The notes under the pieces were generated by a model, which worked only from the letters and a program-made list of their open reading frames with translations, made no database searches and was not told the origin of the DNA. The translations under genes were made by a program, and so were the position numbers. This document shows positions 47,595 through 58,700 of a stretch of DNA of 64,000 nt, piece after piece (positions within the stretch are counted from its first letter, which is position 1; each line of letters begins with the position of its first letter). Source of the stretch: a virus; IMG/VR virus record IMGVR_UViG_2849712525_000001; one strand, written 5' to 3'.

Positions 47595-48262
47595 AAACTT
47601 GTTGGGCATTCAGTGTGAACTCTATAACTCAGAGGTGTCTCATTACATGAGGCTAACGGTATCAGTTGAATAAGATGGTCATTCAAACCCTACAGGGAGA
47701 TAATGATAATAGTTGAATTGCATGATATGCAATCCAATCAACGAAGTCGCTGACTAAGAAAGCCTAAGGTCCAGAAATGGATAGCTGGTAATATCCGTGC
47801 TAAATTTGCAATTTAATATATTATGAAGCTTCTCGATTTGCATTTAATAATTACAATGTTAGTTTTCATTCATTATCTAAGTGTCTAAGATGTGGTGAAT
47901 TTGAAATAATTCCAATGAACCCAAAAAACAGAAAAAATACAAGCGATGGAATACATCATAAGACCTACAAAACTGGACTAATAAATTTATACTACAAAGA
48001 TAATTTTGTTGGTCAGTATAAAAGTGTTGAAGAAATATATAGAGAATCAAGGAATTATTATGTGTAAACCATATCTTTTAAAAAATGGAGTTAAGTGGTA
48101 ATTATAGAATTGAAAGAATTGCAAAAAAGTGTAACGACTAGAACGTAATTGTTTGTAGGCTAGAAGATGAGTTACTAGCCGAAGTGTACTGACTGATAAG
48201 TTATTTATCAGAAGATATAGTCTATTCCCCTAATAAATATCGGGAAACCGAGGGTATTTTTG
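47595..48262 (+). ncRNA. putative group I self-splicing intron in dnaE
   Basis: 668-nt insertion between codons Pro/Asp of the SMP|DIDTDF motif; 5' exon ends in U, intron ends in G; ATGCCT(exon)/GGGCAT(47604-47609) P1 pairing with U-G; phase 0; flanking ORFs are collinear with DnaE. Confidence 0.6.
47915..48067 (+). CDS. short intron-internal ORF (possible homing-endonuclease remnant)
   Basis: 50-aa ORF MNPKNRKNTSDGIHHKTYKTGLINLYYKDNFVGQY inside intron; in-frame upstream CLRCGEFEI fragment. Confidence 0.25.
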   Translation: MNPKNRKNTSDGIHHKTYKTGLINLYYKDNFVGQYKSVEEIYRESRNYYV

Positions 48263-50464
48263 GATATAGATACAGATTTCCAAAATCAGTATAGACATGT
48301 TATTGTTGAATATGTTCAAGCTAAATATGGGTATGACCATGTTTCACAAATAGTTACTTACAATATGCTAGGCTTGAAAAGCATTATTAGAAACGTAGGG
48401 AAGGTTCTTGGCATTCCTTATCTGGTTACAGATGAATTATCCAAGAATGTTCCTAAGAAAATAAGAAAGTTTGTTTATTTGGAAGAAGAAGATAGAGAAG
48501 AGGAGCAAGAAATTGAACCAACACTGGAAGATTTAAAAACAATTCCTTTTTTTAAAGAAAGAATTGATTCCAGTGAAGATGTTGCTCAACTTTTCAAGAT
48601 TGGTAAACTTTTTGATGGTCTTCCATCTTCAACAGGAAAACACGCCTGTGGAGTTATTATTGGAGCCCATCCACTTCATCAGTATGTTGGCTTAATGGAA
48701 GTTGATGGAGTTCTGGTGACACAATTTGAAAAGAAAGCTTCAGAATCCATTGGGCTTCTCAAAATGGACTTCTTAGGTCTTATTACACTAGACATTGAAG
48801 TGGAGACATTGAGGCTTATAAAGAAAAACAAAGGAATTGAGATAGATTTAGATAAGATTCCATTGGATGATACAAAAACTTTTGAGTTATTACAGAGAGG
48901 TCAATCTGGAAAAGTATTTCAGTTGGAATCTCAGGGAATGCGTAATCTGTTAAAGAAAATGCAACCTACAGATATGAGTCATATTATTGCTATCGCCGCC
49001 CTTTTTCGTCCTGGACCCATGCAATTTATTGATAACTATATCGAAGGAATGAAAACCCCTTCTAAAGTAAAATACCCCCATCCTCTCTATGAAAATTCTG
49101 CAAAAGAAACCTTTGGTATCTTAGTTTATCAGGAACAGATTATGCAGGTTGTGCAGGATATGGCAGGGTTCAGTTTAGGAGAGGCAGATATATTGCGTCG
49201 TGGAATCGGAAAAAAAGATAAGCAATATATCGACCAGATGGAGGAGGAATTTTCCAAACGTTGCGTAGATAATGGTGTCCCTGAAAAGACTGCCAAAGAA
49301 GTCTATGCAATGATAAAGAAATTTGCTGAGTATGGATTTAACAAATCTCATTCAGCAGCATATGCACTCATCGCCTATGAAACTGCATACCTGAAAGCTT
49401 ATTATCCTGTAGAATTTATGGCTGCAAACTGTACTATCAATAGTGATAATAAGGATAAGCTTATATCATGTTTAGCAGAGATAAAAGCGATGGGTATAGA
49501 AATCCTTCCATCATCTATCAGATTCTCTCAAACAAAGTTCACTGTGGAAAAGAGCGAGGGCCAATCAGCTATTCGCTATGGATATATCGGAATTGATGGT
49601 ATAGGTGAAGACATTGCAAAAACTATTGAAACGCTTTCCAATTGTGAAACGTTTTATGATTTTATCAGCCAATGTCCAAATATTCGCAATAACCAGATTA
49701 CAAATCTTATCTATTCTGGGACATTTGATATATTTGGCTGCAGAAAAAAGATGAGAGAGATAGCTCCATCAATTCTTGAAACAGTGAAATACCATAATCA
49801 GATTAAGAGTATATATAAATCATCTATTTTGGATGGCTTAAGTGGTGAAGCGTTCTATGATGGTACAGAATATGGTTTTAAGGAAAAGCTCGATAATGAA
49901 AAAAGAGTTCTTCATTGCTGTATCAGTGGACACCCCTTAGAGCAGATTCGAGGAGTTCTAAAAGGCTATGATACTCTGATTTCAGATATACAAGATTTAA
50001 ATGATGGAGACGATATTCAAATTCTATGTCAGATAAATTCTATACAGCAGATTTTTACAAAGAAAAGTGGAGAGCCAATGGCTTTTCTAAAAATAGAAGA
50101 TGAATACGATTTCTGTGAAGCTATTGTCTTCCCTAAAGCTTATGCAGATATTGAGAATCTTTTAAAAGAAGATTCAGTATTGATTCTTAATGGGAAGATA
50201 CAAATTAAGGAGGACAATGGTGAAGAAAGTATATCTATTATTGTCAATACAGCAAGACATGCATTAAGTAGTGCATTAAGATTCTACGTAGATATAAATG
50301 ATTTAGAAAAAATAGAAGGAGAATTTGTGAATATAAATGGGATTGCTGAAGTGATTGGAGTTGATACAGTTCATAGACAATGCTATAAACAGGCATATTA
50401 TGTAGATTATGTGAAGGCTTTAAATATTTTTAATAAATACAAAATAAAATTTGTATCTGTTTAG
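48263..50464 (+). CDS. dnaE: DNA polymerase III alpha subunit (DnaE), exon 2
   Basis: Begins DIDTDF..HVSQIVTYNMLGLKSIIRNVGKVLG, continues GLLKMDFLGL etc.; spliced product about 1180 aa. Confidence 0.75.
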   Translation, partial: DIDTDFQNQYRHVIVEYVQAKYGYDHVSQIVTYNMLGLKSIIRNVGKVLGIPYLVTDELSKNVPKKIRKFVYLEEEDREEEQEIEPTLEDLKTIPFFKERIDSSEDVAQLFKIGKLFDGLPSSTGKHACGVIIGAHPLHQYVGLMEVDGVLVTQFEKKASESIGLLKMDFLGLITLDIEVETLRLIKKNKGIEIDLDKIPLDDTKTFELLQRGQSGKVFQLESQGMRNLLKKMQPTDMSHIIAIAALFRPGPMQFIDNYIEGMKTPSKVKYPHPLYENSAKETFGILVYQEQIMQVVQDMAGFSLGEADILRRGIGKKDKQYIDQMEEEFSKRCVDNGVPEKTAKEVYAMIKKFAEYGFNKSHSAAYALIAYETAYLKAYYPVEFMAANCTINSDNKDKLISCLAEIKAMGIEILPSSIRFSQTKFTVEKSEGQSAIRYGYIGIDGIGEDIAKTIETLSNCETFYDFISQCPNIRNNQITNLIYSGTFDIFGCRKKMREIAPSILETVKYHNQIKSIYKSSILDGLSGEAFYDGTEYGFKEKLDNEKRVLHCCISGHPLEQIRGVLKGYDTLISDIQDLNDGDDIQILCQINSIQQIFTKKSGEPMAFLKIEDEYDFCEAIVFPKAYADIENLLKEDSVLILNGKIQIKEDNGEESISIIVNTARHALSSALRFYVDINDLEKIEGEFVNINGIAEVIGVDTVHRQCYKQAYYVDYVKALNIFNKYKIKFVSV

Positions 50465-50825
50465 AAAGAGAATATACGAAACTCTTTTCAAAAGAGAGAA
50501 AAAGGTGCTTTGGCATCTTTTTTTTACATAATAAATAGATTACCAATCTTGTGAGTATTTACAACAAATTTGAGTAGAAAGTATTTCAAGAAACTTTGAA
50601 ATCAAGAGTGTGTTGGTGTAAAATAAAAAGGTAAATGGCAGAATATGTCATTTATAATATTTTCAAGAAGGGGAGAAGAAAGACAAAATATTATATTTAG
50701 TAACATTAAGTTTTTAAGACGAAATGAAAAAGAGGGTAAAAAAAAGCCACGTAAAAGTGGGAGTTTCAAGACGATGTTTGCAATAAGTAAATATATCGTT
50801 AGAGAAAAAATTGAATGCGGTTAAA

Positions 50826-50861
50826 TAGCCACGTAAGGGGATACGTGGCTAATATTTTTTT
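50826..50861 (+). terminator. strong rho-independent terminator
   Basis: TAGCCACGTA-AGGGGA-TACGTGGCTA then T8; preceded by GGTTAAATAGCC motif at 50819. Confidence 0.55.
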
Positions 50862-50966
50862 TATAGCAAATAAAAAAAGTAAAGAACATACTTTAAAAAA
50901 TATTTTGCAAGACTTCCAAAAAGCGATGTGAATAGATTATAATAGCTAAAGTAAGGAGGTCATATT

Positions 50967-52004
50967 ATGAGTAAAAACGACCACAAAAACAAAAAAGATT
51001 CAACGAAACGAAAAGGGAAAAACAATCTAATTGAAAATAAGATAAAATTCAAGTATCCTACTTTATACTTTCTATTAAAAAACGGAGCATCCTTTGGAGT
51101 GTTTGTTACAATTATGACAGCTGCTATTGGTATAATTATTGATTCCATACAGACTTTTATTATGCAGGGATATAGTGAGGGATTAGGATTGAGTCATGTC
51201 ACAATAAAGTTAACTTACTTCTCTTATTGGTTGTATGTTCTCTTTGCTTTATTTATTATTTTGCTATTATTTATTGAAATGTTTGCTTTTGCAAGAAACA
51301 AAGAGAAGATATTAGATAAATTCTTGTTTGCTTGTTGTATATTTACAGAAATCTGTTTTTTATTATCAATCTTATTCTATTTGTTTAGGATAAAGTCATT
51401 TGAATTTGTTTGTGCTTTTGGAGTGATATTTGCTATAACTATTTTAGAAATGCTACTCAATAAGTTTAAAGTCCTTTATTATTCCATTTTCGTTTTTGCA
51501 ACTATTGCCTTAGTAGGTATTGATTTTGATATTATTTTTTTGGGTGGAATTATATTAGCGGTCTTGTTTATACCAACTATGTGTGAGTCTTTTGAGAAAA
51601 CATTTTTTAAAATCTTTCCAAGAGATAAGAATACTCAAAAAATGAAAGCGATGGATATAAGAATAGAGCCAATTATAAATATGATGACTTCTGTATTTAT
51701 AATGTTCTTTCTCCTTTCAGCGGTTATCATTTATGCCACTACATCAATAAATAACTTCAAAAAAGAAGGTATGAGTATGCTTTTCAATGAAGATGAAAAC
51801 CAAATAGTTGAGATAGCAGGATTGAAATACTTATTATTAGAAAATACAGATAATCAGAAGCTGATTATGGAGATAACAGATGAAAAAACTGAAGATAATA
51901 TTAAGATTTATACAGTTAAGAGTGGAGAATTCATGTATTTAGAAGAATATGACAAGATAGTTGTGAAAATAGAAAACTGTAAAATAAATGTGAATAAAAA
52001 ATAA
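50967..52004 (+). CDS. polytopic membrane protein, paralog of 11527..12786
   Basis: 345 aa, many TM helices, conserved N-terminal (YPTLYFLLKNGASFG) and C-terminal (KYLLLENTDNQKLIMEITDEK..GEFMYLEEYDK) blocks; AGGAGG RBS. Confidence 0.55.
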   Translation: MSKNDHKNKKDSTKRKGKNNLIENKIKFKYPTLYFLLKNGASFGVFVTIMTAAIGIIIDSIQTFIMQGYSEGLGLSHVTIKLTYFSYWLYVLFALFIILLLFIEMFAFARNKEKILDKFLFACCIFTEICFLLSILFYLFRIKSFEFVCAFGVIFAITILEMLLNKFKVLYYSIFVFATIALVGIDFDIIFLGGIILAVLFIPTMCESFEKTFFKIFPRDKNTQKMKAMDIRIEPIINMMTSVFIMFFLLSAVIIYATTSINNFKKEGMSMLFNEDENQIVEIAGLKYLLLENTDNQKLIMEITDEKTEDNIKIYTVKSGEFMYLEEYDKIVVKIENCKINVNKK

Positions 52005-52285
52005 GAAATGTTTATAAAAAAAGAGGAGCTGGGACTCCTCGGGAAATAGATAGGAATATACACTAGCGAGTAGTATAGACAGTTATACTTTTAAAATAAG
52101 AGTATATTCCCAAGTGAAATATATCACAAATATTGTGAATGGTAAATAAGAAGAGTAAAATTATGTCAAAATATGTAATTATAATATGTTTTAATGCTTT
52201 TGATATAAGAGTTTAATTCCTAAAAAATATATGGTATTCTTTTTATATAGATAAAAAATAATTTTATGAAAGAGAGTGAAATAGT

Positions 52286-52876
52286 ATGATTATATATTTA
52301 TCAAAACAAAAAATTGAGAATTTATTTACTGAAATGAAGTTATCTCGTAAAATAGGTTTTTTAAGAGTAAGAAAAATAGAGTTGAAATCTAGCACTCTTA
52401 GTTTGCATGGTGAAATTAGACGTGCAAATGACAGTATTGAATTTATTGATAAATTTAATTATATTATAAAAATATTAAGAAAGAATAACCAGCTTCTTAA
52501 ATTTGAAAATGATATAAAAGAAATAAAATTGTTCTCATATTATTATATTTCTGGAAAAATGTCTGGACTTGAAAAAGATGTCTTTAATTCAGATGAGATA
52601 ATAGATTTTCACATTAAGTCTCAAAATCCTAATTATACAAGCATTGATATCAAATGTTCAGCAAACAATATTGAATTATTTAGTAGGACTGTGAGTGAAA
52701 AATATAGGATTTCTTCAGGTGCATTTTTTTTAATGAATGAGGAATTTTCTGTCGAATTAATAGTTTGGGTTACTTCAGTAGATATTGATAGCAAGAGAAT
52801 TATCGGGTCTCCACTTATTATAAGTTGTAATAATAATAGCAATCAAATCATATCAAAGAAGCTGGGGATAAAATGA
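52286..52876 (+). CDS. hypothetical protein
   Basis: 196-aa ORF with RBS. Confidence 0.45.
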   Translation: MIIYLSKQKIENLFTEMKLSRKIGFLRVRKIELKSSTLSLHGEIRRANDSIEFIDKFNYIIKILRKNNQLLKFENDIKEIKLFSYYYISGKMSGLEKDVFNSDEIIDFHIKSQNPNYTSIDIKCSANNIELFSRTVSEKYRISSGAFFLMNEEFSVELIVWVTSVDIDSKRIIGSPLIISCNNNSNQIISKKLGIK

Positions 52877-52902
52877 AATTATATTTTGATATAATATATG
52901 TA

Positions 52903-52926
52903 TAGCAGTGCTTCTGCTGGAGATGA
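52903..52926 (+). promoter_or_regulatory. conserved palindrome+RBS motif TAGCAG-N-CTGCTGGAGATGA (copy 1 of 5)
   Basis: AGCAG/CTGCT inverted repeat abutting GGAGATGA, 9 nt before ATG of 52935. Confidence 0.5.
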
Positions 52927-52934
52927 GAAAATGA

Positions 52935-53651
52935 ATGAGTGATAATATAAGTTGGCAAAAAAAAATGAAAGAAGGAGAACATATGACAAGAATATGTGCT
53001 GTGGCTAATCAAGAACAATTAGCTATTTCAGCAGATTCCATGTTTACAAATAAAGAATTAAATATTATCAGTTTTCATAATAGGAAATTGTTTTATAAAA
53101 ATGGGCTAATGATAGGAATGTTAGGAACTTGTGAAGTTTTAACATACAAAGGGACAATTTATTTAAAAGATTGCATCCGCGAATATCTAGATTTATATAC
53201 TGGGGAGAATATATTGGATATAATTTTAGGCATTGAGAATGATATGAGAGACCTTTTTTCAATATTTAAATTGGATAATCCCACAAAATTAATATTTCTC
53301 TGGGTGGATAATTTTGAATTTTATTGCTATGCTTTAGAAATTCGCTATAGTAGAAGGAATCTTGGATGTGATGAATCAGTTTCCGTCTACCCTTTTGGTA
53401 AAATTGATTTAAAAAACTATTCTAAATATAAATTTAATAATTATATGTTGGATACAGGAGAAGGTGTTGATGACATTATTGTTAATAAGTTTTATACTTC
53501 ATTACCTGAGACTATAACTTCAAACATTATCAAAGAGGCAATAGATGATACAAGACTCACAACAGTAGGGGGAAATGTGTATACTGTTATACTTAATAAA
53601 TATGGAAAAGGAAAAACTTTTATCAATGGAAAAGAAACATTCTTTAACTGA
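52935..53651 (+). CDS. Ntn-hydrolase (proteasome-beta/HslV)-like family protein, member A
   Basis: After a 17-aa leader, TRICAVANQEQLAISADS..T fits the GxT-[IV]x[AG].D[ST] proteasome-beta/HslV N-terminal pattern; paralogous to 54934, 59876, 60735. Confidence 0.4.
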   Translation: MSDNISWQKKMKEGEHMTRICAVANQEQLAISADSMFTNKELNIISFHNRKLFYKNGLMIGMLGTCEVLTYKGTIYLKDCIREYLDLYTGENILDIILGIENDMRDLFSIFKLDNPTKLIFLWVDNFEFYCYALEIRYSRRNLGCDESVSVYPFGKIDLKNYSKYKFNNYMLDTGEGVDDIIVNKFYTSLPETITSNIIKEAIDDTRLTTVGGNVYTVILNKYGKGKTFINGKETFFN

Positions 53652-53728
53652 TTATCTGAGTTTGGACTTGGAAGAACTTCTCAACATCTTATGATATAAT
53701 AAGATATATTAATTATGAGGTGGAGATA

Positions 53729-54880
53729 ATGAAAGTAGATATTAGCAGTATTAATCTGTATCCAAAGGATACAAATGGATTTTATTATAAAAGAAAGTAT
53801 TATAGTAATATAAAAGATGCCTTAGAGGGGAAACATCTAAAGCAGGAAGTTTTAGACCAGATTGAAAATTATAAGATTATTCAGAGTGAGTTAAAGGGTG
53901 TAAATACAAGAAGAGTACATAGTTCAGATGTTGGATATGGAGCATCTTGGAGTGAATCTTCGGGGATGTCACATGGTGTATCATGTTCAAGTAGTTCAGG
54001 AACTTCAACTGGTATCAGTTCTAGCATTGGATATAGCATTGGAGATAAAGATGATTTGTTGCATTCTGATATGGAAAAAGAGTTATTTAACAGTTTAAAA
54101 ATTATGAATAATTTAAATGAATTAGATGACTTATTTGAAGATAACATAAATGAGTTGGAGGATATAGTTCAGATATATCTTGACTCAATAATTATACCAA
54201 TTCCATTTTTGAGAGCTAATGAATTCTTTTCCTCTCAAGACATAATTATTCATGATGTCAATATTACACAAGAATATTGTAATATTATCAATAGAATTCA
54301 AAAGAATATCTTATCAAAGAATACGTTTAAACTTGAAGAAATATCAAAATTGGAAAGTGCATATACATTCTTGAAAAACAATTATTCAAACGCTATGTAT
54401 TTTTATAAAGAAGAAGGAAAAGAAGAGAAACGAACAAAAGATTTAACTAAATTAGATTTTAGTAAAAAATATAGTTATATACTTTATGTACTATCAGATA
54501 TATCCATTTATGACTGCAAAGCTAAGGATAAATTTAGTAAATTATTAAAAGATTTGACTGATATTCAAATATTGTGTTTTGACAATACATTTTCATTTGA
54601 AGAAAAGAAGTTTAAGAGTCAAAATAAATTAAAGAAAGAATATATAGTTGAGGATAAATCAATTTTTGGGTATATAAAAGATAAATGCTATGAAAAACCA
54701 GTCATATTATTGGAAGGATTAGATAATAAACTTGTTAATAAAGAAATATTACTAAAAGATTATCAATCGGAGGTGCTAATAAATAGAGAATTTGTGAATT
54801 TTGATAAATCTTTCTGTAATGATAAGACTGCATATCTAGAATTTACAACTGGAAACTATATTTATTGGTGTATCATATAA
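53729..54880 (+). CDS. hypothetical protein with Gly/Ser-rich low-complexity segment, paralog of 18626..19705
   Basis: Start MKVDISS after GAGGTGGAG RBS; conserved N-terminal block shared with 18626 gene; internal SWSESSGMSHGVSCSSSSGTSTGISSSIGYSIG. Confidence 0.5.
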   Translation: MKVDISSINLYPKDTNGFYYKRKYYSNIKDALEGKHLKQEVLDQIENYKIIQSELKGVNTRRVHSSDVGYGASWSESSGMSHGVSCSSSSGTSTGISSSIGYSIGDKDDLLHSDMEKELFNSLKIMNNLNELDDLFEDNINELEDIVQIYLDSIIIPIPFLRANEFFSSQDIIIHDVNITQEYCNIINRIQKNILSKNTFKLEEISKLESAYTFLKNNYSNAMYFYKEEGKEEKRTKDLTKLDFSKKYSYILYVLSDISIYDCKAKDKFSKLLKDLTDIQILCFDNTFSFEEKKFKSQNKLKKEYIVEDKSIFGYIKDKCYEKPVILLEGLDNKLVNKEILLKDYQSEVLINREFVNFDKSFCNDKTAYLEFTTGNYIYWCII

Positions 54881-54906
54881 TTATGGGATTCACTTGCTAA
54901 ACAAGA

Positions 54907-54929
54907 TAGCAGTCAGTTGCTGGAGATGA
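54907..54929 (+). promoter_or_regulatory. conserved palindrome+RBS motif (copy 2 of 5)
   Basis: TAGCAGTCAGTTGCTGGAGATGA, 4 nt before ATG of 54934. Confidence 0.5.
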
Positions 54930-54933
54930 AATA

Positions 54934-55575
54934 ATGATAACAGTTCAATCAAACAATATAAGAAGGGATATGAATAGTATGAGCTTTGTAGGAATGACAA
55001 TATGTGATGATGGTATTGTAGCATTTGGAGATAGCAAAGGAACTATAAGAGATGCATTAGGAAATAGCAAAGAAGATACAAAAAGAGGAAACATTCAAAA
55101 AGTCTTTAAAAACAATCATTATGTTTTAGTAACATGTAATGCCAACACATTCTTTGATGAAAGCAATTTTAATATAAATATAGAGAATTTTATGTTAGAT
55201 AATATTAATAACTACAACAATTATTTTGATTTTTTTGAAAAACTATTATGTAGAATATCTTCAAATCAATTGAATTTTAATAATTTATATAAATTTATAA
55301 TTGGGAGTAAAGATGAATTTGGCTATTATGTACAGCATGTTGATATTATAAATAATCAAATAATTATTTGTAAGAAGTTTAGAGATTTGCAAACTTATAC
55401 TATGGGAAACGATTACTATACCCATTTGACATATACTTTTAATTTTAGACTTAATCAAATATTGCTAATTCAAAATGAGATAAAAGATAAAATAGAAAAT
55501 ATAATCAAAGATGTAGATAAGTTTTCTTCCTACAATCCTGTAGGGCTCCCTGTAAATGTAGAGATATTTCAGTAG
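54934..55575 (+). CDS. Ntn-hydrolase (proteasome-beta/HslV)-like family protein, member B
   Basis: MSFVGM|TICDDGIVAFGDSKGTIRDALGNSKEDTKRGNIQKVFKNNHYVLVT parallels HslV [32 protein letters not shown]; same C-terminus (VGLPVNVEIFQ) as 60735. Confidence 0.45.
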   Translation: MITVQSNNIRRDMNSMSFVGMTICDDGIVAFGDSKGTIRDALGNSKEDTKRGNIQKVFKNNHYVLVTCNANTFFDESNFNINIENFMLDNINNYNNYFDFFEKLLCRISSNQLNFNNLYKFIIGSKDEFGYYVQHVDIINNQIIICKKFRDLQTYTMGNDYYTHLTYTFNFRLNQILLIQNEIKDKIENIIKDVDKFSSYNPVGLPVNVEIFQ

Positions 55576-55768
55576 AAAGATAAAATTTATTTAGGTGATA
55601 GAAGAAGCTTTAAATACTGGTTAATATTATCAGTATTCAAGGCTTCTTTTTATCTTGTATAAAGATAAAGCAAGAAGATAGTCTGTTTTTTAATAAAAAT
55701 ATCTATTTATTCTATATTGGTGTGAAAAATGTTGTATTATAGAAATATATATGGGAGGAGTTTTCATA

Positions 55769-58700
55769 ATGATTACTATAAATTGGAGTAAATTTCAACT
55801 TAAAAATAAAAATACTACAGAAGCGTTTGAGAGTTTGTGTTATTTTTTGTTTTGTCGTAAGTTTCAAATAACTGAAGGCATCCATACAGATTTTAATCAA
55901 GTTGGTTTAGAAACTGAACCTATTCAGGATTGTGATGGAAAATGGTGGGGATTTCAAAGTAAATTCTTTGAGAAGAATATGAATTACTTAAATATTAGTC
56001 AATCAATATCAAAAGCTGTGAAAGCATATAAAAACCTCGATTATATCATTGTGTATGTAAATCTATTTGTCAAAACAACATGTAATGCTGCCAAAAAAAT
56101 AGAGGATATTTGTAGGAAAGAAAATATAGAACTTATATGGTATTTACCTCAAAACTTTGAAGTTGAACTCAATCAGCCTAATAATTTAGACTTGGCAGAA
56201 TTCTTTTTTGGTGATACCAATCTTTTAGAAGCGATTGCAGATAGCAAAAGTGTTAGAATGAATACTCTTTTACATTCAAAAGAATATCTTGAGTTGCAAT
56301 TAAAAAATAATAAGGATGTTTTAACAATAACTCATTTTTGTAATGAAATTTTAGAAAAAAATTCCAAACTGTTTCTATTAACAGGAAATGCGGGAACTGG
56401 AAAAAGTGTTTGTATGAGAAAAATCTCTAACATTTTTTCAGGATTAGAAGAAGAATCAGCTGATAATCAACTTCGAAAAATTGAATCTGTGAATGCGTTA
56501 TGTGTATTTATAAATCTTAATAACACATCTTTCGATAATCTGGAAAAGATAATAAATAACTATAAAAAAATGTATTATGCAAATACTTCAATAAATAAAT
56601 TTATATACTTACTTGATGGTTTTGATGAAGTGCCAAACCAAATTGTCACACAAACTCTATTATTTATAGAAGGACTTTTGGATAAAGACCAAACAAAAAA
56701 GATAATTATTTCATCTCGAATATCAAGTCATAATAAATTTATCCTTAAAGCAACATTTCAAAACATTGAAGAATATACAATTGTTGATTTATCTAAGGAT
56801 TTAATAAATAAGTATTTTCAAAGTAAAAATGACATAGATAGAAGTAGACAATTTGAAATTTTTTATGAAAACAATGAAAACTTATATGATAATCTACCAG
56901 ATATTCTAACCTTATCTCTGTTTTGGGAATATATCCTTCAAATAAAGCATACTCATTTTCTTTCTGATTTATTAAATCTAAGTATTCATACAACACTTAA
57001 TGATATCCATTACAAAAAGTATTTGGATGGACTTAATCTGCCTAATCCGAAAGAAAATGCAATTTTAAAAATAAATAAGGAATTATCCTATTCGCTATTT
57101 ATAGATAATGAATTCAGTTTCACACGAGAAAGACTAATAAGTATTATTTCTAAATATTATCCAAAGTGTGATTATCAATCACAAAATAATATTATTTCAT
57201 ATTTATCTGACTGCTTTTTTGATTATAATTTAACTGATAATAGCTTTATTTTTTCTTATCAGCATAGACGTTTTTTAGAATACTTTGCAATTTTAAAATT
57301 TGAAACAATGATGAAAGAAGATTTATGTTTTTTAAGAAAGAAAGATATAATCGTTAATTATGATATGTTTGAAAATTTACTTATTCCTCATCTCCAAAAT
57401 CAATCAGAAAAGAATAATGATTTACCCTTAGCATTTGAAATCAGTTTATTTAATGTTTATTTAGATAATGATGACAATTGGGGAGTTGATAAGTATCCTT
57501 ACTATTGGTCTAATTACATAGTTTATGCAATTGCAGGACTTTCTCATGATTTATTTGAGATTGTTCTTAATGATACTTCATTGCCTATTCATAAGTTCTT
57601 TAATTATATGGGGGATAAAACTATTTCTTTATTACAAACTGGAAATACCAATTACCAGGATTTAGATTATTTTTATAGAAATTTTATAAGCTTAATTTCT
57701 TTAATGTATCAATATGGAAAAAGAGAGTATTTATCTATATATTTAGATAAATTTCTTACAATCGACAACTTAAGCCAAGGCAATAAATACTATTATAATG
57801 CATCTGTAAGAGATAATTTTCTTGTCTGGAGGAATCTAGTATATATTAAAATGATTATTTTGAATTGCGATGTTGATAAAATATTAGATAACTTAATAGA
57901 GAATAGCAAAGATATAAATATTGATAATTTACTTAAGAACAATAATGATATATCTATAAATCAAATAACTGCTATTTATTATAATCTCATTATGTATTAT
58001 CCACAGAAATGTGCAAAAACCATTTCTGAAATGAATTACAATCAATTAAGTATATTTATTGTTTCTATGGCTACAGTGGAATGTCTGGAAAGAATTTTAA
58101 ATAATAATGTCATTCTAAAAACTCTTCAAACAGTTTTAGCTGATGAAATTACTGGAAACAAATTGAGCAGTCTGGCTTGTATAGCCTTAAAAGGTATTAT
58201 AAATGTGCAATTGACAGTAAATGAAAGAGAGTCTTTGACAATTTTCCTGGAAGGGCAAAAATTTGACTACTTTTCATTAAATGAAGATAATATTGACTTT
58301 ATCAGTTTCTTATTTATACCACTTAATGTCAAAGCAAAGGGACATGCATCAATAATAGATTATATAATGTTGTACAGAGACTATTATAGACTCATAACTT
58401 GCGACTGCTCTTTACAGTATTTTGCGTCTCAACTTGTTGAATACCTAAATAATGCAAAAAAGATGAAATATCTGGGTCAGAAACTCATAGGTAAAGCAAT
58501 AGCATTTGCAAGTTTGGATATAGTAGAACTAAAAAATGTAATAGATTATGTTAATTATAATACGGACAACGAAAACTTATTAAAAGTTTATTTTACATTA
58601 AAATCATATAATTCTCAACAATACGATAAGCTTATTAATTCATCTATGATAGAACAGTTGAATAGAGAAGATATTTATTATGATATTGATTATATATCAA

